A stretch of DNA of 64,000 bases, from contig JAWLHE010000001.1 of NCBI GenBank assembly GCA_041690495.1, forward strand, positions 11,369 through 75,368. The letters are read 5' to 3'. Positions 60,726 to 64,000 of this stretch are shown piece after piece. A program made the translations under genes and the position numbers. The stretch comes from Alphaproteobacteria bacterium (GTDB lineage: Bacteria; Pseudomonadota; Alphaproteobacteria; CACIAM-22H2). Each line of letters begins with the position of its first letter. The stretch's first letter is position 1. The notes beneath the pieces were generated by a model that was not told where the DNA came from, ran no database searches, and saw only the letters and a program-made list of their open reading frames with translations.

Positions 60726-63128
60726 TCAACCGGCGTAGTCGCCCTTGGGCGCGAGGACTTCGCGCTTGCCGACATGGTTGGCGGCGCTGACCACGCCTTC
60801 GGCTTCCATACGCTCGACGATGCGCGCGGCACGATTGTAGCCGATCTGCAGGTGACGTTGAATGAAACTGGTCGAGCATTTGCGCTCGCGCGCGACCAGC
60901 GCCACCGCCTGGTCGTACAGGCCGTCGCCGGATCCGCCGCCCTCTTCGGCGCCGCCGCCGTTGCCGATCGATGCAAGGGCCGCCTCGTCCTCCGTGACCT
61001 CTTCCACATAGACCGGCTCACCCTGGTCCTTGAGGAAGTTGACGACCTGCTCGACCTCGCGGTCGGAGACGAACGGTCCATGCACGCGGGTGATGCGGCC
61101 GCCGCCCGCCATGTACAGCATGTCGCCCTGGCCGAGCAGCTGCTCGGCGCCCTGCTCGCCGAGAATCGTGCGGCTGTCGATCTTCGACGTGACCTGAAAG
61201 GAGATGCGGGTCGGGAAGTTCGCCTTGATCGTGCCGGTGATGACGTCGACCGACGGGCGCTGCGTGGCCATGATCATGTGGATGCCGGCGGCGCGTGCCA
61301 TCTGCGCCAGGCGCTGGACCGCCCACTCGACATCCTTTCCGGCGACCAGCATCAGGTCGGCCATCTCGTCGATGACGACGACGATGAAGGGCAGAGGCTC
61401 GAGATTGAGCGGCTGGTCCTCGAAAACCGGTTTGCCCGCCTCGTCGAAACCGGTCTGCACCTTGCGCAGCAGCACCTCGCCTTTCTTCTTCGCCTCGGCA
61501 AGACGGGCATTGTAGCCGGTGACGTTGCGCACGCCGAGCTTGGACATCGCGCGATAGCGATTCTCCATCTCGCGCACCGCCCATTTGAGCGCCACCACGG
61601 CCTTCTTCGGATCGGTGACGACCGGCGCGAGCAGGTGCGGGATGCCGTCATAGACCGAAAGCTCGAGCATCTTCGGATCGACCATGATGAAGCGGCAATC
61701 CTGCGGCGCGAGCCGATAGAGAATCGACAGGATCATGGTATTGATTGCGACCGACTTGCCCGAGCCGGTGGTGCCGGCGATCAGCAGGTGCGGCATGCGC
61801 GCCAGATCGGCCGAAACCGGCGTACCGCCAATGTCCTTGCCGAGGAATAGCGCCAGCGCGCCGGCGTTCGGATCCTCGGCGGCGAGCAGCTCGCGCAGAT
61901 AGACGGTTTCGCGGCTGATATTCGGCAGCTCGATGCCGATGACGTTGCGCCCCGGAATCACGGCGACGCGCACCGACACCGCACTCATCGAGCGGGCGAT
62001 ATCGTCCGACAGCCCGATGACGCGGCTGGTCTTGGTGCCGGGCGCCGGCTCGAGCTCGTAGAGCGTCACGACGGGACCGGGGCGGACTTTCACGATCTGG
62101 CCCTTGACGCCGAAATCCTCGAGGACCGATTCGAGCAGGCGCGCATTCTGGGCAAGCGCGGCTTCGTCGATCGCGTCGCCGCGCTCAGAGGCCTTCGGCA
62201 AGGTCAGGACATCGAGCGGCGGCAGCTTGTGCTTGCCGCTGGTGCGAAGGTCGAGCGAAGTCTGCTTCCTCGGCGCCGCACGCCTGGCGGGCGGTTCGGT
62301 GGCGGTCGTGCGCGGCGCAACGAGATTGGCCAGCGCCGGGCGGCGCGCAGCCGGCTCCGCTTCAACGGCGAGGTCCGCGTCGTCCTCCTCCTGTTCCTCG
62401 ATCTTCGGTTCGCGGCGGTCGCGGCGTGCGACCTTGGCCTGCTTGCGCCACTTCGCCTGGTCGCCCCAGTGCGGGCGCCACGCGGCGACCCGGCGCACGA
62501 AGGCGGCGCCGGTCGCGGCGCTGACGGCGCAGAACTGCGCGATCGCGCGCCACTCGCCCCAGGTGATCGTCAGCGCAAAGAACCACGCAGTGCCCGCTAG
62601 GATCGCGGCGAGCACGCCGAATGGGTCGGGCCCCAGCCCGACCGCATGCGCGAGTTCCACGACCGGGCCGAAGAACAAATGCCCCACCAGGCCGCCGAGA
62701 CCGATATCGAGCGGCCGCGGCCAGCCGTCGCCCCCCGGCACGAAGGCCAGGGCGAGCGAAGCCATCAGCACCGCGACGGGCAAAAGGCTGACGCGCATCC
62801 ACCACAACGGCAGATGATGGATGCGCAGCAGCCGCCAGCCCCACGCCGCAAGCGTGGCCGCGATCAGGGCGGAGCCGAGCCCCAGCGTCTGAAGCAGGAT
62901 GTCGGCGACATTGGCGCCCCAGCGCCCGGCGAGATTGCGCACCGGCGCGCTCGTCGCATGGCTGAACGACGGATCCGCGGAATCGTAGCTGAGCAATGCT
63001 AGCGCGAGAAAGAGCGCGAAGGCGATGAAGCCGACGCCCGCGACTTCGATCAGGCGCCGGCGCAGGAACGGGCCGGCGCCGTCGGGCAGCAGGGTCGTTC
63101 GCATCGCAAGGCGCGAAGCTCCGGCCAT
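60726..63128 (-). CDS. ftsK: DNA translocase FtsK
   Basis: Start MAGASRL… at 63126-63128; N-terminal 4-TM domain, Pro/Ala-rich linker, RecA-like motor (GTTGSGKS Walker A) and C-terminal gamma/winged-helix domain. Confidence 0.95.
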   Translation of the reverse strand: MAGASRLAMRTTLLPDGAGPFLRRRLIEVAGVGFIAFALFLALALLSYDSADPSFSHATSAPVRNLAGRWGANVADILLQTLGLGSALIAATLAAWGWRLLRIHHLPLWWMRVSLLPVAVLMASLALAFVPGGDGWPRPLDIGLGGLVGHLFFGPVVELAHAVGLGPDPFGVLAAILAGTAWFFALTITWGEWRAIAQFCAVSAATGAAFVRRVAAWRPHWGDQAKWRKQAKVARRDRREPKIEEQEEDDADLAVEAEPAARRPALANLVAPRTTATEPPARRAAPRKQTSLDLRTSGKHKLPPLDVLTLPKASERGDAIDEAALAQNARLLESVLEDFGVKGQIVKVRPGPVVTLYELEPAPGTKTSRVIGLSDDIARSMSAVSVRVAVIPGRNVIGIELPNISRETVYLRELLAAEDPNAGALALFLGKDIGGTPVSADLARMPHLLIAGTTGSGKSVAINTMILSILYRLAPQDCRFIMVDPKMLELSVYDGIPHLLAPVVTDPKKAVVALKWAVREMENRYRAMSKLGVRNVTGYNARLAEAKKKGEVLLRKVQTGFDEAGKPVFEDQPLNLEPLPFIVVVIDEMADLMLVAGKDVEWAVQRLAQMARAAGIHMIMATQRPSVDVITGTIKANFPTRISFQVTSKIDSRTILGEQGAEQLLGQGDMLYMAGGGRITRVHGPFVSDREVEQVVNFLKDQGEPVYVEEVTEDEAALASIGNGGGAEEGGGSGDGLYDQAVALVARERKCSTSFIQRHLQIGYNRAARIVERMEAEGVVSAANHVGKREVLAPKGDYAG

Positions 63129-63139
63129 CGATCCCCTCT

Positions 63140-64000
63140 TCAAGCGACTGTCTCCAGCACCGAGGCCATTTGCGTAAGTGCAGCCTCGGTGGTTTCCAGA
63201 TCGTGAACGAGGGCGACGCGGATATACGGGTTGCCGGAATTGCGGCCGTCCGCGTCGGGCTTGGTGATGTAGCGGCCCGGCAGCACCTTGATGCCCGCTT
63301 CCGACCACAGTCGCCGGGTCGCCGCCTCGCCGTCGACGACGTCCAGCCAGAGATAGAAGCCGGCGTCCGGCCGATAATAGCCGAAGCGGCCGGCAAACAG
63401 GCGGTCGGCCATATCGTACTTGGCGCGATAGAGCGCGCGGTTCGCCTCGACATGCGCCTCGTCGCGCCACAGCGCCGTCGCCGCATCGAGCACAGCAAGC
63501 GGCGTCGCCGCGCAGCTGAACGCACGCAGGCGGTTGAATCGCGCGATCGTCTCGGGCGAGCCGACGGCGAAGCCGGAGCGCAGGCCAGGCGCGCTCGATC
63601 GCTTTGACAGAGTGTGGAAGACGATCAGGTTGTCGAGCCCCCCGCCAAGCGCGGCGGCGGCATCGAGCGCGCCTGGCGGCGGTGCGTCACCAAGATAGAG
63701 TTCGGCATAGCACTCGTCGGAGACGAGCAGGAAGTTCCACTTCCGCGCCAGCGAAAGCGCCTGTTTGAGATAGGCGAGATCGGCGGTCGTGCCCTGCGGA
63801 TTGGCCGGAGAGCACAGATACATGAGCGCGGTGCGCGCCAGGGTCGACTCGTCGAGCGCGTCGAGATCGGGCAGGAAGCCGGTCGCGCGCGTCGCCGGCA
63901 TGAAGACCGGTTCGGCACCGGCCAGGACGGCGGCGCCGTAATAAACCTGGTAAAACGGATTGGGCATCAACGCCACCGGGGCACGGCCCCCCGGCCGCTC
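63140..64000 (-). CDS. pyridoxal-phosphate-dependent aminotransferase, class I/II (5'-truncated by the window edge)
   Basis: Fold-type I aminotransferase segments (…LCSPANPQG…, FHTLSKRSSAPGLRSG with the PLP-lysine); the ORF continues beyond position 64000. Confidence 0.8.
   Translation of the reverse strand, partial: ERPGGRAPVALMPNPFYQVYYGAAVLAGAEPVFMPATRATGFLPDLDALDESTLARTALMYLCSPANPQGTTADLAYLKQALSLARKWNFLLVSDECYAELYLGDAPPPGALDAAAALGGGLDNLIVFHTLSKRSSAPGLRSGFAVGSPETIARFNRLRAFSCAATPLAVLDAATALWRDEAHVEANRALYRAKYDMADRLFAGRFGYYRPDAGFYLWLDVVDGEAATRRLWSEAGIKVLPGRYITKPDADGRNSGNPYIRVALVHDLETTEAALTQMASVLETVA

Noticed and set aside
63129-63470. N-terminal extension of the ftsK ORF
   Set aside because: Arg/Gly-rich and overlapping the downstream aminotransferase gene; the FtsK membrane domain starts near MAGASRL

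Overview
High-GC (about 65%) alphaproteobacterial chromosomal segment. Gene order (rho–hemJ–hemH–hemE; maf–aroE–coaE–dnaQ–secB; Tim44–mltA…smr) looks like Hyphomicrobiales/Bradyrhizobiaceae. Most of the window is housekeeping: Rho, a haem-biosynthesis trio, a chemoreceptor, shikimate dehydrogenase, dephospho-CoA kinase, DNA pol III epsilon, SecB, MltA, LutABC, a putative pol III delta subunit, a porin, YggS, XthA and FtsK. Interspersed are small stress or regulatory genes: OsmC, two entericidins, MarR, MarR-GNAT, LysR, DoxX and an orphan histidine kinase.

The accessory-looking part lies at about 28.8–48.5 kb. A long head-to-tail, largely translationally coupled minus-strand array (44094→31405) joins six glycosylation genes (two paralogous GT28-like, two GT4, a histidine phosphatase, a polysaccharide deacetylase), a small membrane protein and a Yej-type peptide ABC importer (YejF-A-B-E). 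Diverging from it across an AT-rich promoter island is a plus-strand set: a PCuAC-like protein without copper ligands, a highly unusual ABC exporter whose NBD has Walker A S→E, Walker B D→N, no Q-loop Gln, an LNQGQ signature and an internally triplicated Q-loop-to-signature segment, a stand-alone cNMP-binding domain protein, and a small methyltransferase-like protein. This exporter/cNMP module next to the glycosylation–importer array is the best candidate for an undescribed system.

No rRNA, tRNA, CRISPR or transposase/integrase was recognised. Many long antisense ORFs in the supplied track are GC-driven artefacts.
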